DNA of 64,000 nt, taken from contig CAZPMS010000006.1 in assembly GCA_964588165.1 (NCBI GenBank), forward strand, positions 3,425-67,424, read 5' to 3'. Origin of the DNA: an uncultured Gammaproteobacteria bacterium (GTDB taxonomy: Bacteria; Patescibacteriota; Patescibacteriia; UBA1558; UBA10009). Position numbers and translations under genes: made by a program. Shown here piece by piece: positions 1-8,515 of this stretch. Under the pieces are notes generated by a model. It was not told the origin of the DNA. It ran no database searches and was given only the letters and a program-made list of their open reading frames with translations. Every line of letters starts with the position of its first letter. Positions within the stretch are counted from its first letter, which is position 1.

Positions 1-643
1 CCCTTAAATAACCTTCCGAAAGCCTGGCGATATTTTCTAAAACTTTGCTTTCTACTTTAATTTTTTCCTTCTTGGCAATATATTCCAAGTGGGTGGCGAT
101 ATCGCCTATTGGCACCTTTCTGAAATCAAACCGCTGGCACCTGGAAATAATGGTTTCGGGAATTTTATGAATTTCGGTGGTGGCTAAAATAAATAAAGCA
201 TGAGCCGGTGGCTCTTCTAAAGTTTTTAACAAGGCATTAAAGGCCTCGGTAGTTAGCATGTGGACTTCATCTATAATAAAAACTTTATATTTGCCTTTTA
301 CTGGAGTATATTTTGTCTGCTCCCTTAGTTCTCTAATTTCGTTAATGCCTCTATTGGAAGCAGCATCAATTTCCACTAAATCTAAAAAGTTGCCCTCTCT
401 TACTTCCTTGCAACTATCACACTCACAGCAAGGTTCATTGCCTTTCCTGTTAGTACAGTTTAAAGTCTTAGCCAAAATTCTGGCAATAGTTGTTTTACCA
501 ATGCCCCTAGGGCCGGAAAATAAAAAAGCATGAGCCAGCTTGCCAGACTCAATTTCGTTTTGCAGGGTAACCTTAATGTGGTTTTGGGCGATAACTTCAG
601 CAAACTTACCCGGCCTGTATTTTCTATATAAAGTGGTAGACAT
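1..643 (-). CDS. dnaX: DNA polymerase III subunit gamma/tau, N-terminal part; continues beyond window start
   Basis: Reverse-strand translation from the ATG at 643-641 gives MSTTLYRKYRPGKFAEVIAQNHI...GPRGIGKTTIARILAKTLNC (AAA+ Walker A) and a CxxC zinc module, the typical DnaX N-terminus. The ORF runs off the 5' edge. The two plus-strand ORFs listed for this region (258..533, 540..749) are shadow frames. Confidence 0.85.
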   Translation of the reverse strand, partial: MSTTLYRKYRPGKFAEVIAQNHIKVTLQNEIESGKLAHAFLFSGPRGIGKTTIARILAKTLNCTNRKGNEPCCECDSCKEVREGNFLDLVEIDAASNRGINEIRELREQTKYTPVKGKYKVFIIDEVHMLTTEAFNALLKTLEEPPAHALFILATTEIHKIPETIISRCQRFDFRKVPIGDIATHLEYIAKKEKIKVESKVLENIARLSEGYLR

Positions 644-785
644 AAGCTATAAAATTTTAACAGAACGGATGATAAAAATCAACCTACAAAATTTACCTAT
701 TTCCATATTAAATTTAGCAGAAAATAAAAAACCCCGCACGTTTTGTTAATATTACGTGCGGAGTCAAAGCTCTAGAAGCTGGACG

Positions 786-1319
786 TTACACTACAAAAGC
801 CGCGGGGTCGCCGTGGCTGAAGTCATAACCAAGCCAGTGTCCAAGCCAGCCCCACCTGTCGTCGTCCCAGTAGAGGAAACGAACGCTTAGGTCGCCATTT
901 GGGTAGCGATATATGGTACCCCAGAAGAAGATACGTTTACTTTTCCATTCCTCAGGAATAAGGTACGGATAAGCAAGTAGGTAGTCAAGGACATTGGCGT
1001 TGAAAACGGGCTTACCTTTCAGCTCCTTGTAAAGCTCATTGCCTTCAATTGCACTATCACCTTCTTGCTTCTTGGAAAGATAGAAAGAAACCCCGTTGGG
1101 ATCCCATTCCAGCTGTCCGCCATTGGTATGCTCTTCGACTTTCCAGTCTTTGGGCGCGAAAGGTTTGGCATCGCAATCAATAATACTGGTACCTCTTAGT
1201 AAAATCTGCAAGCCGGCCTTGGTAATTCTTCCGCTCTCAATTTGAGCGAAAAACTCTTTTAGCTGAGCGGGCGTTGGAGCTTTTGGACCCCAGTCAGCAG
1301 CATGTGATCTATGCATCAC
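786..1319 (-). CDS. hypothetical protein, GC-rich orphan (177 aa)
   Basis: Intact ORF with AGGAGG ribosome-binding site 6 nt upstream (aggaggtgtgtgATG). Composition is clearly GC-richer than its neighbours. No recognisable domain. Confidence 0.5.
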   Translation of the reverse strand: MMHRSHAADWGPKAPTPAQLKEFFAQIESGRITKAGLQILLRGTSIIDCDAKPFAPKDWKVEEHTNGGQLEWDPNGVSFYLSKKQEGDSAIEGNELYKELKGKPVFNANVLDYLLAYPYLIPEEWKSKRIFFWGTIYRYPNGDLSVRFLYWDDDRWGWLGHWLGYDFSHGDPAAFVV

Positions 1320-1458
1320 ACACCTCCTATTTTAAACACTTTGCTAGAGGACTACCCCTTGTAGTCATAGCCAGAAATTACCATCCTTCGACAAAATATA
1401 GGATAACAAGTAACTTTTGGCTATAACTACTAGATTAAATGAACTTAAAGAATATATT

Positions 1459-1487
1459 ATACTAGCATATTTTACTTATTTTGTCAA
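1459..1487 (-). promoter_or_regulatory. sigma70-like promoter (TTGACA-17-TAGTAT on minus strand) upstream of ORF 786..1319
   Basis: The reverse complement of 1482-1487 is TTGACA, a 17-nt spacer follows, and the reverse complement of 1459-1464 is TAGTAT. Confidence 0.35.
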
Positions 1488-1608
1488 GTTTTTATACCGT
1501 CTCTATTAATCATACTTATTATGGTCATGCTATGACTTTAGCTTTCACCTAACCAAACCCAAAGCCAATAAAAATCAACTAGTGGAATTAAAAAAAGCTT
1601 TTCCTCAA

Positions 1609-1695
1609 TTGTCATTTCGAGCTCCGTCGAGAAATCCCGTTATAAACAGTACGTTTTAATAACACGGGATCCCTCCGCTCCGGTCGGGATGATAA
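1609..1695. repeat. ~85-bp imperfect palindromic element (H1 family: tgtcatYYYgagc...gRRatcccgtta...taaYacgggatYcctc)
   Basis: Sequence tgtcatttcgagctccgtcgagaaatcccgttataaacagtacgttttaataacacgggatccctc; co-linear, about 80% identical with the 57421..57535 copy; internal inverted repeats. Confidence 0.6.
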
Positions 1696-1749
1696 AAATC
1701 AAATCAAAAAACGGGGAATAAAATCCCCGCTTTTTTAAATATCTTATAT

Positions 1750-2283
1750 CTATTTTTTATTGATAACGTTCTCTATGGCTGCCCATTGGCTATCGGCTCC
1801 TTTGGGCACCAAAATTACCACTTCATCGCCCTCGCCACCTTTAAAATAAGTAACCGAGGCCAAAATAACTTTAAAGGCTTTCTTTTCTGCTAAGGCACTA
1901 TATTCACCGGTGGCTTCATCCCTAATAAGCTTGCCTACTAAACGTTCTCTTTCTACCGGGCCGATTTGCTTGTAAATAAAATTACCGGCTTCATCTATAG
2001 TTAATTTTAAAATATCTCCCTCAACCAATTTTGATTTAGAAATATAGTTGGCAGGAACTGAATATTGCTTGCCATCCGGGCCGATCATTTTTTCACCATC
2101 AAACACGCCTTCTATTATTCTTTCATCGCCCTTTTTAGTTTCCTCGCCTACTACAGAAGCTTTTTTGGTAAAGTCAGTTTTATCTGTCGGGCCAATGCTG
2201 CCCCCTTCTAAAATAACTTTACATTTTTGCACTTGGATTTCAATATTATCCAAAATTTGTTTTAGTTCATTTACGTTTTTCAT
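1750..2283 (-). CDS. hypothetical protein (177 aa)
   Basis: ORF with typical local codon usage, lying downstream of the VirD4-like ATPase gene. No domain recognised. Confidence 0.5.
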   Translation of the reverse strand: MKNVNELKQILDNIEIQVQKCKVILEGGSIGPTDKTDFTKKASVVGEETKKGDERIIEGVFDGEKMIGPDGKQYSVPANYISKSKLVEGDILKLTIDEAGNFIYKQIGPVERERLVGKLIRDEATGEYSALAEKKAFKVILASVTYFKGGEGDEVVILVPKGADSQWAAIENVINKK

Positions 2284-2387
2284 ATTTATTTTTATTTAAT
2301 TTTATTTTGTTTTATATCTATTTTTGATAGTATTTTAAATATATCAGTAACAATAAAGCTGTCAATTAATATCTTGTTAATAAATTG

Positions 2388-2510
2388 TGAAAAAATAACA
2401 CCAATAACACACGATGCTCACGAATGGCTCACAGATAGCGCGAGGATATATGTGCGCTATTAGTGTAATATCAGTGAGCAACAGTATTATTAGTGATTAT
2501 TCTGTTACTT
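2388..2510. repeat. intergenic element R, copy 1 (second copy at 47975..48095)
   Basis: Shares aataacac(ac)gaatgctc.c plus a ~50-nt block gtgcgctattagtgtWWtatcMgtRagcaacagtRttattagtKatt with 47975..48095. Contains TTATTAGTG direct repeats. Confidence 0.55.
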
Positions 2511-5075
2511 ATTAGCAGTGTCCTGCGAAAGCTTCATCCTTTCCAAAATCTCCTGTTCTACAATATTCCTGTCTCGGCCGTACTTTAAGCGCGAAGCTTC
2601 TTTAACTTTAAAAACGATTGATTTATCACCAGGCTTTGGCGGATAAGTTTTAATGTTAAAAGCCGGCACGTTCTGGTTATCTATTAATAATTTTAGATAG
2701 GCGTTAAACTTAGGAATATTTATTAAATCATATTCATTAAAAACAGGGTTAAACTGTTTAGCCACTAGTTCGGCATCATCCGGGCCTATCCTAAAGGAAG
2801 CCATTGTACCTACATTGCCAAAAACAGAATCCCTGATAGAAGTATCGTTGCCTTTTACCAGCTGGCCCACATATTGGTGCGCCACAGTTAAACTTAATTT
2901 ATATTTTCTGGCTTCTGATAAAATTATAGAAATGCTTTCGGTAATGAAATTTTGGAACTCATCTATATATAAATAATAATCGTGCCGCTTTTCTTCTGGC
3001 AATTCTACTCTGGAGAGGGCGGATATTAGAATCTTGCCAACAACTACCATGCCCAATAAATTTGCGGACATATCACCAATGGTCCCTTTGGCCAGTTTAA
3101 TTAGCAAAATCTTTTTCTTGTCCATTACTTCTCTAAAATTAAAAGAACTTTTTTGCTGGGCAATAATCGGCCTTAATAAATCGCTGGAGACAAATGGAGT
3201 TAATTTACTGGTGATATAAGGAACCATATTAGCCAATGATGCTTCGCCGCCGGCTTTTTCTGCCTCTTTCTCCCAAAAATCCCTTACCACCGGATTTACA
3301 CATTTAGAAAGCTTGTATCTCCTAAAATTAGGGTCGGCTAAAACCTTGGGTACTTCCAATAAAGTTGAGCCGGACACAGGATCTTCCATCATTAGCAGCA
3401 TGGCATTACGCATATACTGTTCAAACATTGGGCCACCGGTGGCTTTAAGGTCGTAGAGCTTATCAAAAATATTTATCATTTCGTTTATCACGAAAGTTTT
3501 TTGTTCCGGCGTGCTAAACTCCAGCATATTAAGCCCGATAGGCCTCTTGGTATCAGCTGGATCAAACAAAATTACATCGTCTACTCTGCCTTCGGGGATA
3601 TGCTCCATTACTGTTTCTATTAAATCTCCGTGGGGATCTATAACGCAAACGCCTTGGTTATTTTTAATGTCTTGGATTATCATGTTGGACATAAAAACAG
3701 ATTTACCGGTACCGGACTTGCCAATTATATACATATGCCTTAAGCGGTCCGAACTTTTAATTCTTATTGGCGCTTTTATTCCCCGATATAAATTCTCTCC
3801 CAAAATAAGGCCCTCTTTGGGTAAATTAAGAGGCGGCGTGGCCTTCCTGGCTTCTAACCAATTTATATTAGGTGTTTCTGAAGAAGGCAAAGGCAAGTGC
3901 CATAGGCTGGCCATTTCTTCAGCATTTAAAATTAAACTTTTTTTTGGAATAAAACTTCTATGGATAAAATTGGAGATCAATTTGGGAACTTTAATAAATT
4001 TTGCTTTTTTAAATCCATTGCCATATTCATAAATATTAAACTGAGAAAAAGCATTAATAATATTTTCTAAATAAGCCTCGGCCTTTTGCCTGTTTGGAGC
4101 AGAAACCACTACCCTTATGTTTGCTTCCATGCCTGCCTTGCTGGTTTTTTCTTCAATACCTTTTACCACCTCTGCTTCCATGGGAGAAAGCATTCTTCTT
4201 TCATCTGCTTCTTCTATATTTTTAGAAGCATCCTTTTTAGTTTTAAAAAAGCTTAAAGTGCCAACCACAGCGTTGGTTAGCTTATCAAAAATATTGCCTA
4301 AGCCTGCTTTCCTTAAAGCTACACTTAATTTTTTACCCTGTTGCATTTCTCTTGCTACAATTACTCCTTTGCGATGCCAGCTTTTATAAGCAGACCTAGC
4401 CACCAGCTGAATGGCTGCTCCTGATTCTTCACCTATTTTTGAAAAAGCATTGGTTAAAGCATTTAACGGATCGCTATCAGACTTTTTGTAAGTTTTAATT
4501 GGAAAAATAAAATCTCTGCCAAACTTTAAATAACTGCCAACCACCACGCCCTGGGCAGAAAAAATATTATAGTCTTCTAACTCCTCTATCTGTGCAAAAG
4601 GGTAAGAAGCATGGATTTGCTGTTCTAGGGTATCTTTTAAATAATCAGGAATGGCTACATAAAAATTAATCTTGCCATTTTGGGTTACGATTTCTACAGA
4701 AAAATGGTCTGATCTGCCAAAGATCCAGCTCTTTGTCCCTCTCTGGGCTTTAAGGCCGCCTAAAACAGAAAAAATGTTTTCCGCTACACCTATTTGTTCT
4801 TGGATTGTTTGGGGGGAATCATCGGCACCTTCTTTTTTTAAATTTTCTTTAGGCACGGTAATGAGCAAAATTTTCATTTTTAAAGCAGAAGGAACCTTAT
4901 TGCTTTTGGCTAAAAAACTTCTAACAATTAAAAAGGCGGTTATTAAAACCACCAACAAGATAAATATTAAAATAAAAGCTAAAAACCAAGTATTTTCCAA
5001 AAGGGCATTAGCCTGGGCAGTAAAAGGCGAATTTGACTCTATAACTATTTGCAAGGCAAACAAAGTTAAATACAT
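2505..5075 (-). CDS. membrane-anchored VirD4/TraG/TraD-like coupling-protein ATPase (FtsK/HerA superfamily), 856 aa
   Basis: N-terminal transmembrane helices; Walker A IIGKSGTGKS; Walker B YLYIDEFQNF; a long C-terminal domain as in the type IV secretion coupling-protein / DUF87 family. Confidence 0.55.
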   Translation of the reverse strand: MYLTLFALQIVIESNSPFTAQANALLENTWFLAFILIFILLVVLITAFLIVRSFLAKSNKVPSALKMKILLITVPKENLKKEGADDSPQTIQEQIGVAENIFSVLGGLKAQRGTKSWIFGRSDHFSVEIVTQNGKINFYVAIPDYLKDTLEQQIHASYPFAQIEELEDYNIFSAQGVVVGSYLKFGRDFIFPIKTYKKSDSDPLNALTNAFSKIGEESGAAIQLVARSAYKSWHRKGVIVAREMQQGKKLSVALRKAGLGNIFDKLTNAVVGTLSFFKTKKDASKNIEEADERRMLSPMEAEVVKGIEEKTSKAGMEANIRVVVSAPNRQKAEAYLENIINAFSQFNIYEYGNGFKKAKFIKVPKLISNFIHRSFIPKKSLILNAEEMASLWHLPLPSSETPNINWLEARKATPPLNLPKEGLILGENLYRGIKAPIRIKSSDRLRHMYIIGKSGTGKSVFMSNMIIQDIKNNQGVCVIDPHGDLIETVMEHIPEGRVDDVILFDPADTKRPIGLNMLEFSTPEQKTFVINEMINIFDKLYDLKATGGPMFEQYMRNAMLLMMEDPVSGSTLLEVPKVLADPNFRRYKLSKCVNPVVRDFWEKEAEKAGGEASLANMVPYITSKLTPFVSSDLLRPIIAQQKSSFNFREVMDKKKILLIKLAKGTIGDMSANLLGMVVVGKILISALSRVELPEEKRHDYYLYIDEFQNFITESISIILSEARKYKLSLTVAHQYVGQLVKGNDTSIRDSVFGNVGTMASFRIGPDDAELVAKQFNPVFNEYDLINIPKFNAYLKLLIDNQNVPAFNIKTYPPKPGDKSIVFKVKEASRLKYGRDRNIVEQEILERMKLSQDTANK

Positions 5076-5083
5076 ATATAATT

Positions 5084-5611
5084 TTACTTTCTATTTTTTA
5101 AACCTAATATCCTATCAGCTTTTATTTTAGCTTCTTGTTCTAAAAAAAACCTGTTTACTCCAGGAATAATTTTAAGCCAGTTTATAATTAGTTCAAATAT
5201 TTTTTGTGTTTTAATTTTGGCAGCGCCTAAGAGTTGTGAAATTTTTGTAGCTGTTTCTTCGCCGGCCTTTCTAAATTCCTTCTGTTTTTCGGGCGGCATT
5301 TTGCTATAAACTTCAGCAAGGCCAGTTTCTAAAACACTCTCTATTTGCTTAAAATAGACTCCTTTAGCAACTACTGGCTGTGTTTTTATTGGTTTTGCCG
5401 GAACTGAGATTGGCGGTTCCTCTTTTTTGCCTTTTTTAAATTCCTGGTCAGCCGGCAAAGCCTCTGTTTTAACCTCCTGTTTTTGTTCAGGAACTAAATC
5501 TGGAATTTCTAAAATCTCGGGCTGTTTTTTTATAGCCTCTTTTTTAGGCAACTCTGAAGCAACTTCCAGCCCTGCCAGCGGATCTTCTATTTTATCTTGA
5601 TTTTTATCCAT
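5084..5611 (-). CDS. hypothetical protein with a Lys/Glu/Pro-rich low-complexity N-terminus (175 aa)
   Basis: ORF immediately upstream of, and probably co-transcribed with, the VirD4-like gene. Confidence 0.45.
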   Translation of the reverse strand: MDKNQDKIEDPLAGLEVASELPKKEAIKKQPEILEIPDLVPEQKQEVKTEALPADQEFKKGKKEEPPISVPAKPIKTQPVVAKGVYFKQIESVLETGLAEVYSKMPPEKQKEFRKAGEETATKISQLLGAAKIKTQKIFELIINWLKIIPGVNRFFLEQEAKIKADRILGLKNRK

Positions 5612-5678
5612 CTTAGCTTTTATTATACAATATTATTGGTTAATCTTCAATAAAATGATATAATTTAAATGTAAAATA

Positions 5679-5707
5679 CTACACACTACCAACTACAAAC
5701 TAATACC
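5679..5707. repeat. G-less CTAC(A/C)AACTAC / CTACTCACTA repeat (T family), copy 1
   Basis: ctacacactaccaactacaaactaatacc directly before the corA ATG. Related copies at 6644, 6742, 10946 and 59724. Confidence 0.5.
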
Positions 5708-6640
5708 ATGCCAAAATCAAAAAACATCAAAGAGATTAAAACCAATAAAATGAAATGGATTTACTTAACCAATAACTCAAAAAGGGAAATTGATTATTTA
5801 AGGAACCATTTTTCTTTCCACCCATTAGATCTAGAAGATTGCCTTTCTCCGGCTCAACGGCCAAAGCTGGATGAATACCAAAACTATATTTTTATGATAA
5901 TGTCTTTCCCCTATTTTAACCGTTCTACCAGAGAAATACTGGCATCGGAAGTGGATTTTTTTATTGGCCCAAATTATTTAGTAACCGTTTCTGACGGCAA
6001 GCTGGCACCTTTAGCCAATTTTTTTGAACAATGCCAAATTAATGATTCTTACCGAGAAAAGTTTTTAGTTGATAGCCCGGCTTTTTTACTTTCAGAAATC
6101 TTAAATAAGCTTCAGCTTTACCTCCACCCAATGCTGGACCATATTCATGTTGATATCGAAAATGTCCAAAAAGTTATATTTGCCGGCTATGAAAAAAAGA
6201 TGGTTAAAGAAATTTTAATGGTTAAACGAAATATTATCAGCTTTAGAAAAATTATGCAGGCCCATAAAAACGTTATCCGCAAGCTCATTTCTAAAAAAGA
6301 AAAATTCTTTATTCCCAACACGGCTAATGTTTATCTTTCCAATAATCTGGAACAATCTAAAGATGTTTGGGATAATCTAGAAAGCCTTAAAGAAAATGTA
6401 GAAGCTTTGCATACAACCAACGAATCTTTAATTTCATTCAGGTTAAACGACATCATGAAAATTTTAACCATGATTTCTGTGATACTCCTGCCGATTAACT
6501 TAATTGCTTCCATTTTTGGCATGAACACGCCAATTATGCCTTTTATAAATAATCCAAACGGCTTTTATATTATTTTAGGCCTAATGTGCTGTTTGATAGT
6601 GTCTTTCTTCTTTTTCTTTAAAAAGAAAACTTGGCTATAA
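5708..6640 (+). CDS. corA: CorA-family Mg2+/Co2+ transporter
   Basis: 310 aa; C-terminal two transmembrane helices with the GMN signature (IFGMNTPIMPF). Confidence 0.8.
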   Translation: MPKSKNIKEIKTNKMKWIYLTNNSKREIDYLRNHFSFHPLDLEDCLSPAQRPKLDEYQNYIFMIMSFPYFNRSTREILASEVDFFIGPNYLVTVSDGKLAPLANFFEQCQINDSYREKFLVDSPAFLLSEILNKLQLYLHPMLDHIHVDIENVQKVIFAGYEKKMVKEILMVKRNIISFRKIMQAHKNVIRKLISKKEKFFIPNTANVYLSNNLEQSKDVWDNLESLKENVEALHTTNESLISFRLNDIMKILTMISVILLPINLIASIFGMNTPIMPFINNPNGFYIILGLMCCLIVSFFFFFKKKTWL

Positions 6641-6643
6641 ACT

Positions 6644-6668
6644 AGGTGGTAGTTAGTAGTTAGTAGAT
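6644..6668. repeat. T-family repeat (G-rich strand on plus), copy 2
   Basis: aggtggtagttagtagttagtagat immediately after the corA stop. Confidence 0.45.
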
Positions 6669-6741
6669 TCTTGATTAATTAAATATTGTTATATTAAAAA
6701 AGCCGTCCCGGATAAAACCGAAGGGCGGTTTTTAATTTTAA

Positions 6742-6778
6742 TCTACTCACTACAACCTACTCACTAAATACAACTATC
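6742..6778. repeat. T-family repeat, copy 3, overlapping the 3' end of ORF 6757..7173
   Basis: tctactcactacaacctactcactaaatacaactatc. The last 7 codons of the minus-strand ORF (EIVVFSE) are encoded by it. Confidence 0.5.
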
Positions 6779-7173
6779 TCCTCATTAGTTTCTTCCAACA
6801 TATACCTTAAAGTATATACTTGGCCGTCGGACCAATAATAATAAGAAATATTTTCTGAAGCTGATGGATCTTGAGGAACTTCACCTAAAGCATTAACTAA
6901 AGCTTCATAACCATTGCTGGCTTCATCATTTTGGAAAGGAAAATTGTTATTTTGGCTATTATACTCTGTTAACTTGTTTTGAACAGCTTGAATATCTTCT
7001 TTTCTCTTAATATCTCTTTGTTTTACCAATTCTTTTTCATGATCTATGCCAGCCATAACTCCAGTACTAACCAAACCGATAATAGCTAAAGCTAACGGAA
7101 TAACTAAGATAACAGCACCTTTTTTATCTCGCCATGAGTAAATTTGAGAAGCGGATTTATTAGTTAAATTCAT
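6757..7173 (-). CDS. hypothetical membrane-anchored protein (138 aa)
   Basis: Single N-terminal transmembrane helix (VILVIPLALAIIGLVSTGVMAGI); no domain recognised. Confidence 0.45.
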   Translation of the reverse strand: MNLTNKSASQIYSWRDKKGAVILVIPLALAIIGLVSTGVMAGIDHEKELVKQRDIKRKEDIQAVQNKLTEYNSQNNNFPFQNDEASNGYEALVNALGEVPQDPSASENISYYYWSDGQVYTLRYMLEETNEEIVVFSE

Positions 7174-7269
7174 ATTTTATTAGCTATATTTATATAGGTA
7201 ACTGAGGCATTATACTCTTTCTAAGAAAATCGTCAAGTTATCCTTGAAGTTAATTAAAATACATCCACG

Positions 7270-7318
7270 AGCTATCTGCGGGTAATCTGGCGGGTAATCT
7301 GTGTTATCTGCGACAGCA
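7270..7318 (+). promoter_or_regulatory. phased array of four ATCTGYG heptamers
   Basis: tATCTGCGggtaATCTGGCgggtaATCTGTGttATCTGCGa with about 10-12 bp spacing, directly upstream of a TTGACA at 7319. Confidence 0.5.
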
Positions 7319-7396
7319 TTGACAAACCTGCTATTTTATGATAAGCTGATTTATTAAATTCTTTAACAACACCAACAAAACATAGAGAGGTCTACC

Positions 7397-8260
7397 ATGA
7401 GAAGAAGGTGGATAAAAATTGACGGTACTGATACCGTTATCCGCGGTAAAACGGTAACTTTGAATTTAGAGTTACCGAGTGAATTCCAAAACGTTCACAG
7501 TCGTGATTTGGTGATAAACTGTGATGAAGGAAATGTACTGATTTGTGAAAGGGATGGTATTCACATCGCACCGACCATTGAAGTTTTTCCTGATACTCCT
7601 GATGTTCTTACTTTGGAAGTTAAGGGTAAGCTCATTCATCAACCAACAACAAGGACTGATTCTGCAAAGGAAACCGGCAGAGGAGATCCTTACAAAGTTG
7701 GCGAGCCACAGGTGGAACCGATTTTCGCCGATCCTGATCCGGAAGCTGAAGAAGAAGCAGAACTGGAACAGATTGGTGAAAGAATTACTATCACCCAAGA
7801 AATGCCGGTATACGAAACCACTGAAATCCATCACTTTGAGGCTGAAGAAAATTATTCTGCACGCTTTACTTTCAGGGTGATTGATTCTCGGCCGCTGATC
7901 AAACGTAACGAACTCACTGAGCTTCGGTTTGAGCTACCTGATGGTTTCGGCAAAATCAATGAACATCATCTACCAAAGATTTTGGGAAAGGGCGCCTACG
8001 TTACCGAGTGGCAACAGATAGGCCAAGCCTTAACTGTTTCGGTGAAGACCAAAAAGTCTTCACCCGAGGAAATTACTCTGCGGGTTCGCGGCATGTGTGA
8101 AGGCGAACATACTGAGGAATTCTTCAAAATTGATGTAGAGCCGGAAACTGAAAAGGTTAAGAGAAAAACTCTTATAGCCTTGGCAATACTTCTGCTGATA
8201 GCTGCCAGCTTTGTTTCGGGCATATACATTTCTACTCTTTTCCCTCTGTTATTTCAGTAG
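7397..8260 (+). CDS. hypothetical tail-anchored protein, GC-rich orphan (287 aa)
   Basis: ORF with GAGAGG ribosome-binding site. Acidic soluble domain followed by a single C-terminal transmembrane helix (LIALAILLLIAASFVSGIYI). GC-richer than context. Confidence 0.55.
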   Translation: MRRRWIKIDGTDTVIRGKTVTLNLELPSEFQNVHSRDLVINCDEGNVLICERDGIHIAPTIEVFPDTPDVLTLEVKGKLIHQPTTRTDSAKETGRGDPYKVGEPQVEPIFADPDPEAEEEAELEQIGERITITQEMPVYETTEIHHFEAEENYSARFTFRVIDSRPLIKRNELTELRFELPDGFGKINEHHLPKILGKGAYVTEWQQIGQALTVSVKTKKSSPEEITLRVRGMCEGEHTEEFFKIDVEPETEKVKRKTLIALAILLLIAASFVSGIYISTLFPLLFQ

Positions 8261-8276
8261 ACCAAGTTAATTTCAT

Positions 8277-8312
8277 TCCGTCGGTTAACACTAATAACCG
8301 GCGGTTTTTTAT
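8277..8312 (+). terminator. intrinsic terminator after ORF 7397..8260
   Basis: ccgtcggttaacactaataaccggcgg stem-loop followed by ttttttat. Confidence 0.5.
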
Positions 8313-8343
8313 TTAAAAAAACTTAAAAATAAAAAATAGTAGA

Positions 8344-8408
8344 TAGATATCCGCGGACTATCAGTGATTAATCAGTGATCGTTCCGCGAATATCAGTGAA
8401 TTATCTAT
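8344..8408 (+). promoter_or_regulatory. phased array of ATCCGCG / ATCAGTG(A) heptamers (four to five units)
   Basis: atATCCGCGgactATCAGTGAttaATCAGTGAtcgttccgcgaatATCAGTGAattATCTATG upstream of the promoter at 8416. Confidence 0.5.
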
Positions 8409-8415
8409 GAAAAAC

Positions 8416-8444
8416 TTGACAAAATCAATAAATTATGCTAAATT
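8416..8444 (+). promoter_or_regulatory. sigma70-like promoter TTGACA-17-TAAATT
   Basis: ttgacaaaatcaataaattatgctaaatt; same architecture as 14238..14266. Confidence 0.5.
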
Positions 8445-8515
8445 ACAATGTTAAAAATGTTGTTGAACATTGACAAAAAAACGCTAAACATAGACAAAAC
8501 AAAGGAGTACTGAAA

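Noticed and set aside
258-749. Plus-strand ORFs 258..533 and 540..749
   Set aside because: They lie antisense within the well-supported dnaX reading frame (minus strand) and are shadow ORFs with no ribosome-binding site.
2048-5130. Plus-strand ORFs 2048..2299, 3034..3219, 3511..4032, 4117..4389 and 4672..5130
   Set aside because: All are antisense shadows of ORF 1750..2283 or the 856-aa ATPase gene. They have low-complexity translations.
7270-8408. ATCTGCG / ATCAGTG arrays as a CRISPR array
   Set aside because: Repeat units are only 7 bp with 3-5 bp 'spacers'. There are no cas genes and no leader. This fits operator or iteron arrays, not CRISPR.
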